DNA of 58,724 nt, filler included, from Bipalium vagum (GCA_037834085.1; 3 parts of 3 records of this genome joined end to end with filler, not necessarily neighbours in it), one strand, 5' to 3'; numbered from the whole stretch's first letter, positions 1 to 14,366 are shown. Made by a program: numbers and translations. The notes: generated by a model not told the origin, from the letters alone.

Positions 1-59
1 TACTCTGTATGAATATTAGCTATTAATTATATTTATTGACGTAGAAAATTTAAAATTTG

Positions 60-960
60 TTAGTGTTGCGTTTTTTTTTAACAGACTGTATTTACAACCA
101 TTTTTATTTAATAATCCATTTTAATCGCGTTCAGAAGAAAGTTGTCTGTTTTTTTACAAAAGTTTTATGTCCAGATGAGATAAACAAATCTTGCGGTCGT
201 TTTCAAATTTCAAATCGGGCGAAATCAGACTTCAACGTCTACCCGGTTTCAGAAAGGTATTTGATGAACATATCTTGAAAGAACCTATTGAATCCAATCC
301 GTTTGAATCGATTTGTCAATTAGCCATTGAAATTTATTCTTCAAAATCCGCTATCCATTAACATCTTCATTCTAATAGAAAAAAATATAGAACTCCTTGA
401 ATAGACTCGGAAAGTCAGTAAAAAGGTGTGAAATACTTTTTAAAACCCATTGGACGATTATTTTTTCAAAAGATCTGCTTCCATGGATGAAAACTTAATT
501 TTATCTAATAACCCAATCAGAAAATCAATGGTTATATACAACTGAGGTACAACGATTTGGAAAAAGATCATGTTTTCAATGAAATCCCTTTCTTTGAACT
601 TCTACCAGGTGACAATAGGTAATACTCGGACATTTATTCAAACAATTGAAGAGATTACATGAAGTTATGAGAACCAAATATCATACTTTAATCAATCGGA
701 AGAAGATTTGACAACTATCAACAGCCTTGATGGAATTGAACTATTGTCACATCCGCCGTACTCGCTGAATGTCGCAGCTTCAGACTTTCATTTGTTTCGC
801 TTAATGCCATGTTCTCCAATAACGGTGCTTTGAAAATGAAGAGAATTTTTACAATGAAGATTTTTTTTACCCCAGACCTAGAAAATGGTAAGGTTGTATC
901 CAAAAGATACAGAGTTGTGCCGTTGCCTGTCAAAATGATAGATTTTATTTTTGTTTGTGA
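60..960 (+). mobile_element. Degenerate mariner transposon relic
   Basis: Frameshifted transposase motifs, including LLSHPPYSLNVAASDFHLFR at ~740-800 (HPPYSPDLAPSD). Boundaries approximate. Confidence 0.75.
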
Positions 961-2721
961 ATTTTGTCTTGTAAAATAAAAATTATCTGTTGAAACTTTT
1001 TAACAAAAAACTTCATTTTTATTGGTAAATAAAATAATCAAAAATGACAGTTCATAGGAAAAATAACATATTTGTTTATATACATATTTGTATATATATA
1101 TATATTCGTAACAAAAATAAGCAAAAATATTTTTCGTTTATTTAAAATCAAAGATGTCTCAACAATGTTTATTTATATCGAAATTCCTCATTAATAAAAA
1201 TTATGAAATATTTTCGTAAATACTCATTTGTTTAAAATGTATGAAATTTATGTTATTATTTCATTTGATAAAAAGTAATTTATATTTTATTTTAATTTCT
1301 AAATTCAAGATATTTATATGAATTAATTAAATGAAATGATAATAACCCTAAGGTGAAAAAATAATTATTCTTGATTCAAAAGAACTTTATATTTGTTCTC
1401 AGATCAATTCTGAATAATATATATAATATTTGAACATTTAATCAGAAAATATAATTTACATATAAAATGATTTTAGAAGAAATATATAGAAAGTTCTTAT
1501 CTCTATTATGAAAAGGTTAATTCTGAGCGAGTATAATATATTCATCATATATATATTTATATTATTTTATATATCTTTCATTTTAGTATGCTTTGTTAAA
1601 TATATTTTTATTTCTAAATTCTATTCAAATGAACATGAACATTTGTTTATTGGTACTTGAAAACAAATATAAATACAAAAAATTTTTTTTTGAATATTTA
1701 TAAGATATGAATTATAAAATAAATAATAAATCGAATTAAATCAATTTTCAAATTTAAATTCATAGATAAATTTAAAATATTTTTCATTCATTTAAACAAA
1801 CCCTACTTTATGTAGTTTCTAAAAATAAATAGATTTAAGTATAATATATTTTCATAAAAATTGACAAGCAACAATTTTATTTTGTCATTTTTTTATATAA
1901 CCGGTAGAAAGGAGTAGAAATAAAAACAAAATACTTTGTGAATATGTTACAATCTTAATCTGTTATTTCAAATTCATTTATTATTCTAATGTTTTAATAT
2001 TTATTATCAAACCTATTTATATAGTTTTTAAATTATATCTATTTAAATTGTTATAATTATTATTAATTATGATTATTATTTTCAGAACTTCCTTCAAAAT
2101 AATTAATTGGTTTTTAAAATAATTATTTTTTTCTTAAAACACTCCCTACATTTTATAATTAATAAATATTCAGAATTTGTGAGACATTATTTTCCATTTA
2201 AAAATTTTCCACACATTTAAAATATCCTCATTAAATTAATTAATAATAATTAATTAATTAAAATTATACTGATAAATTTTATATATAAAATATATTTCTA
2301 TACGCTCCTCTTTGTCAGACTGTGTTGACTGAGTGGAAGAAAAGATCATGAAGACATATAACTGTTTTGTATTTTCCCAATACATTTGTTGTATGGCTTG
2401 GATAAATAAATATTTATTATTTTTCTCACTTAAATTAATAAATATTAAATTATTTTAACACGTTTTACTCTAATCAAATAATCCGTTCTTAGAAAATAAA
2501 TAATAAATAAAATATATAAATAAAATCAATATAAATAATAATATATTAATATATTATATTAAGTTGAAGTATTAGTTATAAAAAATATATTCGTAAAATA
2601 AATTAATTAAATTTAATTAAAATTTGATAAATTGATTTTTATCTTGTCATTTCTCAAATATGATTTCTCATAAAAGATTTTGTCACATTTATTGACTTAA
2701 ATAAAAATTGATCAATTTTAG

Positions 2722-3109
2722 GTGTCTAATTTGGAGATCTATGAAGGTATTCCGCCAGGTCAAGTTATCACCACCCTAAAAGCTTATGATCGTGATATCA
2801 GTCCAAAATATAGCACGTTGACCTACAAATTGATTGAGTGTAGCGACCCGTTTCTGTTGATTGTTGAGCCGAATAAGGGGAAAATAATTATCAATGCACC
2901 ACTTGATAGGGAGTACAGTCCCGTTGTTGATTTCATTGTCCAGGCATCAGATATTGACGCCAAGGCATGTTCCTTTAAAGTAAAAATAATCGTCCTGGAC
3001 GTGAATGATAATGAGCCAAAATTCACACATAACAAAATCGGTCCACTGTTTGAAAATGCCCCGTTTGGAAGTGTTGTTGGAAAGATACACGCGAGTGATA
3101 TGGATGCAG
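2722..3109 (+). CDS. fat1: Fat-like cadherin exon (cadherin repeats); gene starts upstream of window
   Basis: ttttag acceptor at 2720-21, gt donor at 3110 (phase 1). Cadherin motifs AYDRD, LDRE, ASDID, DVNDNEPKF. Confidence 0.92.
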
Positions 3110-3159
3110 GTTTGCAACATGTAATACTTTGATAATAAGCAAAGATTTTTTGATGTTAG

Positions 3160-3540
3160 GGTCTAATCGTAAAATCACTTACCGTATAGTGAACAATTCA
3201 AAATCAAGTTTTTCGATTGACAAACATACAGGAATTGTAAGGGTAGCTGGAACACTTGACAGAGAAGTTCAGCATGAACATCAGATAATTGTTGAGGCTG
3301 CTGATTCTGGAAATCCTTCAAAAGTATCCCAAACGAAAGTCAATATTTCGCTTTTGGACGTCAATGATTCTCCTCCTCAATTTCTTAATACACCTTTACG
3401 AATCAACATTTCGGAAGATGCTCAAATTGGTCGTTTTCTCATTACGATCAAAGCTATAAGTGAAGATGTTGGAATCAATGCTATCATCTCATACAGGATT
3501 GTGACGGATCAGGATCAGTTCTTTCTAAATTCTACATCAG
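3160..3540 (+). CDS. fat1: Fat-like cadherin exon (cadherin repeats)
   Basis: Follows a 50-bp intron in phase 1. LDRE, AADSGNP, DVNDSPPQF; donor gt at 3541. Confidence 0.92.
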
Positions 3541-4067
3541 GTTCGTGGATCATATTTTTATTACACCTCAGACCTTTGCTGCAAAATAATAAGAAATTAA
3601 CAATTCTTCTCAGTCATCATACCAGAAAGAAAAAAATCATTAAAAAGAGTTGATAAATTTATTCTTTTACTTTTAATGTTTTAGTTTATCCGTTAATTTT
3701 GTTCATTATTACACAAAAATATATTTAAAGAGCCACATGTTAAAGCCGTGTTTAACTATTGCATCATCTTTTACTTGAAAAGAACTTGACCATCAATATG
3801 AAGTATCATAGGATGAAATTGGTCAAAATTCATAATCATATAATATATGTACATCTCAACCTCCATATATTCTGGATTTGGATTTGTATGGATGATAATT
3901 GGAAGAACTTTCCAAGTAACCTTAAATATTAAAATCTCAATAAACTTAATTTTGATTAATATCAAGTAACAACTCTGATGTGTACAGGTGATCAATTAAA
4001 CAAAAAATCTTATCTCATTTATTGTAATAATTTTTTTGAAAATAATATTGAAATAATATTTTTTCAG

Positions 4068-4282
4068 GTGACTTGACTTTAATAAAAGGTCTGGACTATG
4101 AAAAAAATCGCGAGTTCTTTTTGACAGTTGAAGCTAGTGATAAGGGTTACCCTTCACTTAGCACGTCCACAGTGTTGGCTATCCAAATAACTGACGTTAA
4201 TGATAATACTCCTCAATTTGCAGCCCAGCCTTATTTATTCTCTATCATTGAAAATGCGCCTATTGGAAAGCTTGTGGGAAAG
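4068..4282 (+). CDS. fat1: Fat-like cadherin exon
   Basis: ttttcag acceptor, phase 1. LDYE, ASDKGYPSL, DVNDNTPQF; donor at 4283, phase 0. Confidence 0.92.
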
Positions 4283-5139
4283 GTTATTTGTAACATTTCT
4301 AACTGAATTTATACATTTTTATAATATGTATATTATTTTAATTAAATATATAATTAAAAAGTTTATATAATGTATAATTAAAAGTTAATTAATTAATTCT
4401 TTAATTAATTTTCATAATTTGTTTTAAATAAAAAATTCATTAAAAAAATTTAAATTATTCTTTAGACGTTTTTTAAACAAAATTAAAGATAGAATGACAC
4501 AAAATCAATAATTAAGTCAACTTTTTAGATTTACAAAAAATGAAAACTTTAAATGTTTTTATTAAATATGTTTTACGAAAATATTCTTTAAAAATTTACT
4601 TTAAATTATTCGTTAAACTGTCGAGTTTATATCTCATAAAAATGGAAATTTTTTAATATTTTTTGTAATATTTTCGATAAAAAGCAACAATTTCTTTTAA
4701 TTCTAAAATAATGGCTTACTGGAAATTAACAGTAAACAGAAAAATATGTTGAATAACATTCCAAATACCTTTGGAGACCTCTCCATCAAGTTTTGACCAA
4801 AAGAATCTCATGCAATATGGAATATGTAAACCTTTTTCACATTGAAGATGTCTTTGGTGATGTTATCGTTCCTCTGGACTTTTTCTAGTACAATTATTTC
4901 TTGAAACCAAAGATCGTTATTTTACTACTTTCTGGATTATTTTTGAATTAAGACTTAACAACAACACAGATAAGACTTTTAATATCCAAAGACTGGTTTC
5001 CGGTTGATGATAATGGTGTTTTTTCTTTTCTAACTGTCTGTGGCTCTTGATATTTTCACAAGGCTAATGCTTCTCCTCATCAGTCAGTATTCGATCCAAA
5101 AAGTATTCATTTCTGAATTACACAAAATGAAACATTCAC

Positions 5140-5798
5140 TTTCTGAGTGTGATTAAATATGAAAAGTTAATGAGAAACTAAAATTTATGCGATGAAATTT
5201 GGATTACCTACGACAACCGAAGGCGGTCATCATAATGACATTTGTGAAACTACTGTATATGTCCACTTCACTTTGAAAAGCCGAGATTGCACCAAAAAAA
5301 GACAATGGGGTCAATTTGGTGATCTATGATTGAAATGATTCACTGCTGTTTCTAAAATCAAGAAGAAACTTTGACTTCAGGAAGATAATCTCAAAAAATT
5401 GACAAATACAACGGAAATTGCAATCTTTCTGCCTTGCAATAGTCCATAGAAATCATCCAATAATTCTTCACGAAAATGTCCGAACACACGTTGCAAAACA
5501 ATACTTGTAGAAACTGAATGGTTTGAGATATGAAAGTCTGTTCATCCAGCATACTCACTGAATCAGTTACCTACTGACTATCAATTTTTATCATCTTTCC
5601 ACCTAATACAATAGAGAATCTTCCACAACAGATTTCAGAAGACAGACTGTCATTGGAATTAATAAGCTTATTTCGAGATGTCAGAATTGTGTTGCTTGTT
5701 ATGGATCATATTTTGAAAAATACACTTCCTTATCTTCTGAGATTTCTAATAATAAATTTGTCTGTTAAAATCTCAATTTTTTTCTTACCAACCCGATA
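5140..5798 (+). mobile_element. Degenerate mariner relic (intronic)
   Basis: CDEIWITYDN, LHENVRTHVAK, HPAYSLNQLPTDYQF and a mariner-like 3' end (accaacccgata). Confidence 0.75.
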
Positions 5799-6067
5799 AC
5801 TAATTTCTTTATAATTCGAGGAATCACTTGGTGGTTTAACGAATCTGTGAAAGTGGTTGTCAGGGGCTTCTTTAAACCACAATATAATGGAACAAGGATT
5901 TCAATTATTTTTTAATGCAAGATTACTCCAAAATTTTTTACAGTTTATATAGAAAAAAAATATGTATAATATTATTATTAGTCTTTTGTCTTTTGACTTG
6001 ATGTTTTGCTACATTTTTCCGTAAAATTTTGTAAACTTGTTTTACTATTTGTTATAATATGATTTAG

Positions 6068-6427
6068 ATCACTGCCCATGATTCAGATACGGACTTGAAT
6101 AGTAAAATTGTGTACTCTTTCACATATTGGTTACCGGATCACAAGTGGAACAACCGCTCTCTTTTCAATCATGTAGATCACTTTTTCCTATTGAATAGTG
6201 ACACCGGAGAGCTCTTTTTGAAATTTTCTCCCGACAGGGAGGAACAATCGATTTATAAATTCCAGATATCAGCCACTGATTATGGGTCCCCTCCTCTTTC
6301 TTCAAATACAGATGTGATTCTCGAAATAGAGGACATAAACGATAATTGCCCGATATTTTCTCAAGATTCATATCGATTTCTTATTCAAGTCGACAGGAGT
6401 GGTATAATACCCGAGGGTGAACTAAAG
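6068..6427 (+). CDS. fat1: Fat-like cadherin exon
   Basis: tttag acceptor. ITAHDSD, PDRE, ATDYGSPPL, DINDNCPIF; phase 0 at both ends. Confidence 0.92.
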
Positions 6428-6486
6428 GTGTTAATTATTATTATTGTGTATAACCATGTGATTTAATTTATATCTTTTCCTTATAG

Positions 6487-7068
6487 AAAAATGGGGATAT
6501 GTTCGAAATTGGCCGAATTTATATATCTGACAGAGACGGTCCAACCAATTCGCGTCCTTTTCAATGCAAGTTGTTGAATGCAGAAACTGTCAGTCCATTT
6601 TCCATTAAAACAGACTCAAAAACAGATGAATGTATTCTTCTGGTTACAGGATCTTTATATCTTGGTGTTCGAAACTTGTTGGTCCAGGTCAACGATAATG
6701 GACAAACAACACTTAACGGTAGAGTGCGAATTATAGTAGATGTCATTCGGCTTAGTAATATTCCTCCGGAAATAGAACCCTTGAATGCCACATATGTTTA
6801 TTATCACTCTTCAGAGTTAATCAAAAATGAATTTGAAATTGCTAAGGTTCTTGTCAGAGATAGATCTCCTGCTTATGATATGTTGAAATTCGATTTGTTA
6901 TTCAATGATACAAAAAAGCCTCAAAACCAATATTTAAAGAATCTTTTCAAAATTGATCCGTTCACCGGTGTCATAATGTCTAATGAGCAGTTGGATTCGG
7001 GAACATATTCACTTTACGTCAGAGTCACAAATGGTACTCTTTCCGGCGAGCAAAATATATTTATCAAA
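6487..7068 (+). CDS. fat1: Fat-like cadherin exon (last, divergent cadherin repeats)
   Basis: 59-bp intron. ISDRDG, VNDNG, FKIDPFTGVI; donor gtatgt at 7069. Confidence 0.9.
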
Positions 7069-7129
7069 GTATGTGATGAATTTTTAAAAAATTTAATATA
7101 AAGGATCAAATAGTTGTTTTAACGTAGTG

Positions 7130-7520
7130 AAGTATTGCCTACAACTTTCTTAATAAAATATCTTTTGGGGAAATAATCATCAGAATTCCAAAACTTTGTG
7201 ATTATATGGTATGAGAAACTTCTATACATTTTAGTTAATCTTTTGAAAACACTAAACACCATTTTAAAGTGTATGTCTTAAACCACGAGGAAGTTTTCAA
7301 ACACGTTTTTCATACAGGCTGTTCCAAAACCAATGAAAAAAGTAAACGAGGAATAATATAGACAAAAACATTATATTATTGATGATAAACAATGTATTTG
7401 AAAAGTCGGATATACTAGTTTTTCCTACAACATATTCTCAAAATGCTTTCATTCAGCAGATAGTATCAAATCAATTCTTCGTGTGAAAGTCAATATTGTA
7501 ATTTGTAGCTCTTCGGGAGT
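7130..7520 (-). mobile_element. Possible mariner fragment
   Basis: Minus strand reads VSHTI*SQ...SDDYFPK, a decayed VPHPPYSPDLAPSDFxLFPK. Confidence 0.35.
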
Positions 7521-7889
7521 AAAGGGGAGCATTCTTCTTTTATATTATATAATTATTTATATAAATAATATATTTATTTAAACAAAATCTACTCTAATCA
7601 ATTTAATATAAATTTTTTAATTTAATTAAAATATAGTTTGCTAAAAAATTGATAGGCAAAACAACTTTTTCTTTGGTTTTGTAACAGCCTGTACAAGGAG
7701 TTAATCCATCCATTCTTTAAAATGATATTAAAGAAATTCAATATGAAATGTCGTGTTTTATGATTTGTTTTTTTAAGCTAATTTTAATCGTCAAGACAGT
7801 CATTAATTTGAATGTTTCATAACTGTCAAAAGTTTAAAACTAATGGTTCTTAGAAAATATATTGTGATATTTATATTATAATTTTATAA

Positions 7890-8940
7890 TTATTACAGGT
7901 TAAGTTGAATAACTGCGATTTTAGATCCATTTTTCGGTATGAATTTAAGCTTGACCATATGGCTATATAAGCGACCAGGAACATCAGATAAGCTTTTGGA
8001 AATAATACTTGTGAAGTATGCACAGTTCAACAATGGTTTAAAAAGTTCAAAGAGAAAGACCCAAATCTGTTTAATCAAGAACTTGAAGAAAATGAATATT
8101 TGAAAGAATTAGTCTAACAAAATATATGTTCAACAGTTTGAGAGATTTCCTGTAATCTTGAAGTGTTTGAATAGTTTCAAATCATTTGAGACCCGCTGGA
8201 AATAATAAAAATATCATTAAATGGATTCCACACAAACTAAACTTTTATCAGAAATATTTTAGATTACAAGTTTCTTCGTTCCAACTTTTAGGTAATGGAA
8301 ATGAAACATTCTTGATCAAATAATCACGTGCGACTAAAAGTGGATTCTTTGATAATCCATCAACACAAAGATTTGATAAAGATAAACTGCGAAAACATTT
8401 TCCTCGATTAAGTTTGCATCCAAAGAAGATAATGATGAATATTTAATGGTCAAAACTTAGATTAATTATTTTAAAACACGCAGAATCTATTAATTCCGAT
8501 AAATACTGCACTGAAATCGACTTAACAAACGTAAAATTGTATGAAAAAGGTTCGGCTTTAATGAATCGAATTAGTCCGATGCAAGACCACACCATTTATT
8601 ATTAACGTATAGAAAATTGCAGATATTGGATTACGAAGTTATGGCTCATCCATCTGGTCTGGCTTATTAGATCTGTCACCAATTGACTTTCATTTTAATA
8701 AGCAACTGGATGCTCAATGCAAGAAAAAAACTTCACAAAAAAGAGATTATTGAAAATGCTGTTCAATAATTCATCGATTCCAGAACTCTCTAGTTTTGTT
8801 ACTGGTTTAGATAAACTTATTTCGCAATGGTAAAAATGTACTCATTACTCTTCCAAATAAAGTTCTTTTAATATGATTTATGACTGATAAAACTTTACAC
8901 GTTGAAAAAAACGACATTTCGTATATTGAATAACCTAATA
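7890..8940 (+). mobile_element. Degenerate mariner transposon
   Basis: QWFKKFK, WIPHKL (WVPHEL), ITCD*KWIL, DLSPIDFH; 3' end taacctaata. Confidence 0.8.
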
Positions 8941-9046
8941 CATCTAAATATTTTGTTTTTGGGAAATTAGTTAATTACTTCTTAGGTAGAAGCTTGCTAA
9001 TTCGATGTTAAAATTTATTATTTCTTTTTGTTATTTATTACTATTA

Positions 9047-9460
9047 CCGTAGATACTCGAATATAAGTCGAGGTAGAAAAATGGGAAATTCTGTGAAAAA
9101 CCGTATGACTCTTATATAAGTCGAGGTAAAAATATATGTCTCGGTAGTTTCCTCTTTCGTACATTTGGAAAATAACAAGGAAAAAATGTCAATCTTTTGA
9201 TACTTTATTGCAAAATATTCGTGATAATATTTATATTTTTATCTACAAACATGACATCATAGGTAACAATTATTCAAAACCACAAAATTCGGAATCCGAG
9301 TCTGATTGAAGAAGTTACAATACATTGCATAAATACAGCCATTACATTGTTTAAAACTTCTATGACTCTTTTAACTATATAACTCTTGTTATAAGTCGAC
9401 CCCATTTTTTTCATCCAATTTTATAGAAAAAAACCTCGACTTATATTCGAGTATCTACGG
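9047..9460. mobile_element. Tc2/pogo-type MITE
   Basis: Perfect 28-bp TIR CCGTAGATACTCGAATATAAGTCGAGGT (9047-9074 / 9433-9460), TA on both flanks, internal ATAAGTCGA copies, no ORF. Confidence 0.9.
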
Positions 9461-9651
9461 TACTATAATTATATATTTTAAATTTTATTATTATTATTAT
9501 TGTGTAATTGATGTAACTGTAATTATTTTAAAATATAATTGAAATTTGAACCGTTATAACTTTTATTTCTATTTACTCACATCAATGAATAAAGATAAGC
9601 TGATAAAAGAATATCATCCCAAAAGAAAGTTATCTCGATCCTTTTGTTCAG

Positions 9652-10363
9652 ATCGTTGCTCTCACCAAAGATATGATAGATTCGGCTTGCGTAATTCAGA
9701 TATCCAACATGAAACCAAATATATTCTTTGCTCGTCGACTGGATTTGAAATTGATTGATTTTCTGAAAACGGCAATGGCCTCAAAACTGGCGTATATTAT
9801 TTCCATCAAAGCCGGATCGGGCAACCGGAAAAATAGAGTGAAGCGACAGTTAGGACCGGATGACATCATTGATGTTCTGATAGCTATTTACAACGAAAAC
9901 GAGAACCGTTTCTTTAAAAGCAGTGCCTTAGTTTCGAGAATTTTCACTTTGATCATAGATTTGAAGAATCTTTTGGGAACAAGCTCCGTGAAAATATTTG
10001 ATAACGTTTGCAATGACCGGCACATCTGTGTTCAAGGACAGTGTCAAACGGATATCGTAATCAATAAGCAAAACGTGCTAAACCATTTTCAAGTCCATGG
10101 GGTCTCATTTTCATCTTTGGATTTTAGCTATAAATCTTCGTGTAAATGTGCCAAATATTTCGGAGGTAGCCGTTGTGAAATTCCGCTCAATAAATGTGCT
10201 CATAAGCCATGTGGACCCTCTAGAGTCTGTAGACCGGAACCAACAAAATCGCCGGGTTTCGTTTGTGAATGTCCAGCTTTCAAATCAGGAAAACATTGTG
10301 AGAGAGTGGTTGAGATCGAGAACATATCCTCGTGCTTAGACGAACAGTGTATGCTAACAAGAG
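9652..10363 (+). CDS. fat1: Fat-like cadherin exon (membrane-proximal non-cadherin region + 2 EGF)
   Basis: ttcag acceptor. IVALTKDMIDSACVIQI, RVKR and two EGF cysteine patterns; donor gtaagt at 10364. Confidence 0.92.
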
Positions 10364-10434
10364 GTAAGTATTGGTTTGGTTGTTTCATATAAAAAAATGA
10401 GCTCAATTTACATGGATTAATTGTGTGAACTTAG

Positions 10435-10914
10435 AATCGGAACCAATTCACTTCACTGGTGGTGGTTTTCTTAGTTGGAACTTGAGAGAGAAAAGTCAAG
10501 CTTTAAGAATTGATATTAGTTTCGGTTTCCGCCTTCTTCAAAAACCTGCACCCATAATGGAAATAAAATGGAATTCGCTCCGATCGGTTTTAATCGATAT
10601 CACCGATGATGGAAAATTATTGATCAGAGTGGATCATAAGACGATTCCACCAGTTTTTATCTATGAAAGCCGAAACCTGGTGGCCGATCACAAATGGCAT
10701 AACATCCGTTTGTCTATTATCGGCGTGGCGAATATACCGGGATGGTGGATGCATATAGTTCTAGATGGACTCCTTCCTCGATCATTGTCATTGGACTCGT
10801 GGTCAGAAGGCGATTCATTGAACCAATCCATTTTATTGGGATCCAGAAATCTTCACATATCAAATCACATATCAAATTTGAGAAAGACAACAATTCTAAA
10901 TGATTCAATGACAG
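10435..10914 (+). CDS. fat1: Fat-like cadherin exon (laminin G domain)
   Basis: 71-bp intron. PIHFTGGGFLSW, ISFGFR, VADHKWHNIRL, IVLDG; phase 1 at both ends. Confidence 0.9.
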
Positions 10915-12479
10915 GTATTCAATATCCTTTTTGTCTTTAATCTCGACTTGGTAACGAATATAGAAAGGGTTGCGATTAAAAATAACATTTTGATAATAAT
11001 ATGAGAATGAGAGAAATTATTGGAATTTAACTGTAAAATAATCATTTTATTAATTTCATTTTTAATTAAAAATCAATAAAAAATCGATTAATGAACACCT
11101 ATCAGATTTCAATTAAAATTTTTAAATTGGCCATTAATAATGATTAATATTGTTATTGTAAATAATAAAAATAAGAATATAAATAATTAATAATTGTAAT
11201 AATTCCCCTTTTTATTCATTTTTATTAATATTGATTTTTTATTATATATTTATAAAGTTTATAAATTAGATTTATATTTTTTCTGTTATGTTAATTTTTA
11301 TTAATAAAAATGTTCATTTTCTTTGAGAAAATAAAATCGTTTTTAATTTTTTAAGAAAAGGGGAAAAATAAATTTTATGGGAATTTAAAATATTCTGTTA
11401 TTTTTGTTTTAGTTTTATTTCGTTGGAGAAAGATAATATCAATTTTTATGATCTCATTTTTCATTTGTTTTCATTTTCCAAAAACTTTTTTTTTGATAAT
11501 TATCGTGATCAATGAGATTTATATGTTCTCAAATATCCTCAATCTATCCGTTTATCATTGAGACAATCCTACTTGAAAATAATGCTGTTCTACACCTTGA
11601 TGAAGATTAGTTGTGGCCAAGATTCATAAATTTTTGTTATCATAAGTATGTGATCAAAAACACTTTCATGAATTTTATCCGATATTTTTGATTTTAATAT
11701 GTATATATTTATTAAATATAAAATCTAATATTTCGAAAAAATCAATTTATTTTTCATAAACATTTTTTGATAATTTAGAACAATATCTTCATTTTTTAAT
11801 TTTATTAATTTTTTCGAAACTTTATCAATCAGTAATAATATTTAATAATTTTAATTCTCAAAATAAATCAATTTTCAAAACAAATTGTATCCAATGAAAC
11901 AGCGAATTATTCTTACAATTCGTCATTAAAAATCCAAAGTAATATGTTTTATAAGCTGTAACATACGATGTACGTTTGTACAAAAAATGTCCGTTTTCAA
12001 ACTTATTAGTTTATTTTGTTTCTATTTTAAAATTAAATTCCATTGTTACGCATTGTTATATAAATATTTTAAATGCATTTTCTGCCTAATAATCTGTTTG
12101 TTATTGTTCAAATGCATTACTTGTAAATGTGTTAATTTCAAAAAATTGGAATTGTTATTGAAAAACAGAAATTCTGGTTATTCTGTTACAAAAATTCAAA
12201 CTTGGTTGCAATGCTACTGTAGTCATAATAAAAACAATCCAGATATTAAAGTTAATCTCAGAACGTACCTCTCTAAAGTTGTTGAAAAATTTTCTGGTAT
12301 TCAATACAAAACGTAAAAATGATGAGAATTGTGAACATCCATCAGATATTGATAATACCCATTTTAAAATAATAATCAAAACACACTCTCGGCAAAGATC
12401 ATCAATGTGGATCATACTATTCTTTTTTGACACTTGAATAAAATTGAAGAGGTTAAGAATCTCGACAAATTGGTATATT

Positions 12480-13594
12480 GTGTGTTAATATTATAACCAG
12501 TTTTAATAGCCGATTATTTGACATTGGCTTAATATTTAAAATTCAGTTTTTTGTATTTTTAATGTAAATATATCTCCTATTTCAAGTAATTTTTGTAAGC
12601 TGAAAATATATTAATCAATTGTTTTAATTAAATAAATTTTAAATAAATCTGTAATGCACATCATTATGAAGCATATATTTCTACGCAGCACATCATCATC
12701 ACAGACCACCTAAAACATTACTAGTGTATTTGTTGTAGAATTACTACACGGCAGATAATATCAAATTGGTTAACCAAATTTTGTACCGATAGTTTTGACC
12801 TCACGCCCAGAATCAAAGGTTCATAATTACAAATTAATGATCACTCATTAAGTATTATTCGTCTAAGAAACCCTATGGATTTTCTGTAAGCTTTTGTGTG
12901 AGCAAATTAAGAATCTTAAATCATTTAGCTTAAATGTGACAAATGAAAAAATTTGATAAATGGCTTTTATATGAGCTTCATGATATACAAAAAAATAGCT
13001 TATGCAAGCTGGCTTGGTATTGTTTTCTCTTCCATTTTTTAATCGAATTGTCGCTTGTAACGAAAAATGGATCTGATATTACAATTGCAAATGTTCAGCA
13101 CAGTTGTCGGACAAAGAAAAACCAACAAAACACATCCTGAAGAGTAATATTCATAGAAATACTGTCGGTGATTGTTTGGTGGCCCAGTCTATATGTTCTT
13201 TATGAATTCATGAGACTGCGGGTATCAATCACAAAAGAGATACTGTAACCAGTTGGATAAAATAATGCAAAACTTAAAGAAAACAGCTTAGATAATTCAA
13301 CCGTCTTGTTTAATTGTTTAATGACTTTGACAAAACTACAGAAAATGTAACTGGAACTTCTTAATCACCCTCCATATTCACCAGACATAACCCCATTGAC
13401 AAAAAATTCAATTCCGACACTGATGTAAAACTGGCCTTTCAGGAATTCATTGATTCTCGTTTCTATGATTTTATAAGACCGTAAAAAGTGCATAGTTTAT
13501 ATGACCATTTTTATAAATAAGAGGGCTTCTTGTAGTTGTTATTTATCAAAAACTTAATATTTCATTTTACAAATTTCATATTTGACAACCCGAT
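12480..13594 (+). mobile_element. Degenerate mariner transposon
   Basis: KWLLYEL, RIVACNEKWI*YYN, HPPYSPDITPL; 3' end gacaacccgata. Start approximate. Confidence 0.75.
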
Positions 13595-14065
13595 ATTATA
13601 TTTTTTACCAGATATTATTTTATATTAATATTATAATTATTGACGAAGATATTATAAAATTATCAGAACATTAAAAATATTTATTGATACATAAAAATTA
13701 AAATTAACAGAACTTTTAATTTAATTAATTGTTTGTTCTGTGTGAATAATTATTGTTCATCGAATTAAAAATAATAAACGATTTTTCCTTTTACATATTA
13801 ATTATATATTATTATTTTATTAATTGATTTCTTTTATTTCACAATAAATAAATTTATTTCAGATAACATTGAGAAAAAAGTTTTATTAATTTTTTAATGT
13901 TATTTTAAAATCTTTTTTAAAATTGTTCATTTTTATTGATACAGGTCAAATTTTGGTTTCTAAAATCGTTTTTATATTTTTTTAATTCTTCTTAATGAGA
14001 ACGTGAAAAATCATTCAAATTTTTTTTATTTTAATTTAATTGATTTTATTTAATATTATTGTCAG

Positions 14066-14366
14066 GTTGTATAAGAAACGTAGTTCTTTACGGTCAGAAA
14101 TTACCATATCAACAATTACCGACTTCTTTTTCAACTAATAATATCCAAGTTCAATCCAAAAACATTAATTATGGTTGTTCTGAAAATCTTCTCCGCAGTG
14201 CTTGTGGAACGGGTCCCTGTAAGAATGGAGGTCTCTGTCTAATCCGCGGCTTTGACAAGGATCCCGTTAAATCATACGTATGCCAGTGCCAAGAAATGTA
14301 TACTGGCAAGCATTGTGAGATACCAAATTCACCTTGTCGGTTTTCTCCTTGCCTTCATGGAGGACG
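14066..14366 (+). CDS. fat1: Fat-like cadherin exon (LamG end + EGF)
   Basis: GCIRNV (LamG end), CGTGPCKNGGLC...YTGKHC; donor gtcagt, phase 2. Confidence 0.92.

Noticed and set aside
2823-10908. Antisense or alternative-frame ORFs over the cadherin exons
   Set aside because: Shadow frames of GC-richer coding exons with no domain signal.
11987-12433. Overlapping ORFs; ISDGCSQF may be a Sola-like fragment
   Set aside because: A single short motif in low-complexity AT-rich sequence is not enough support.
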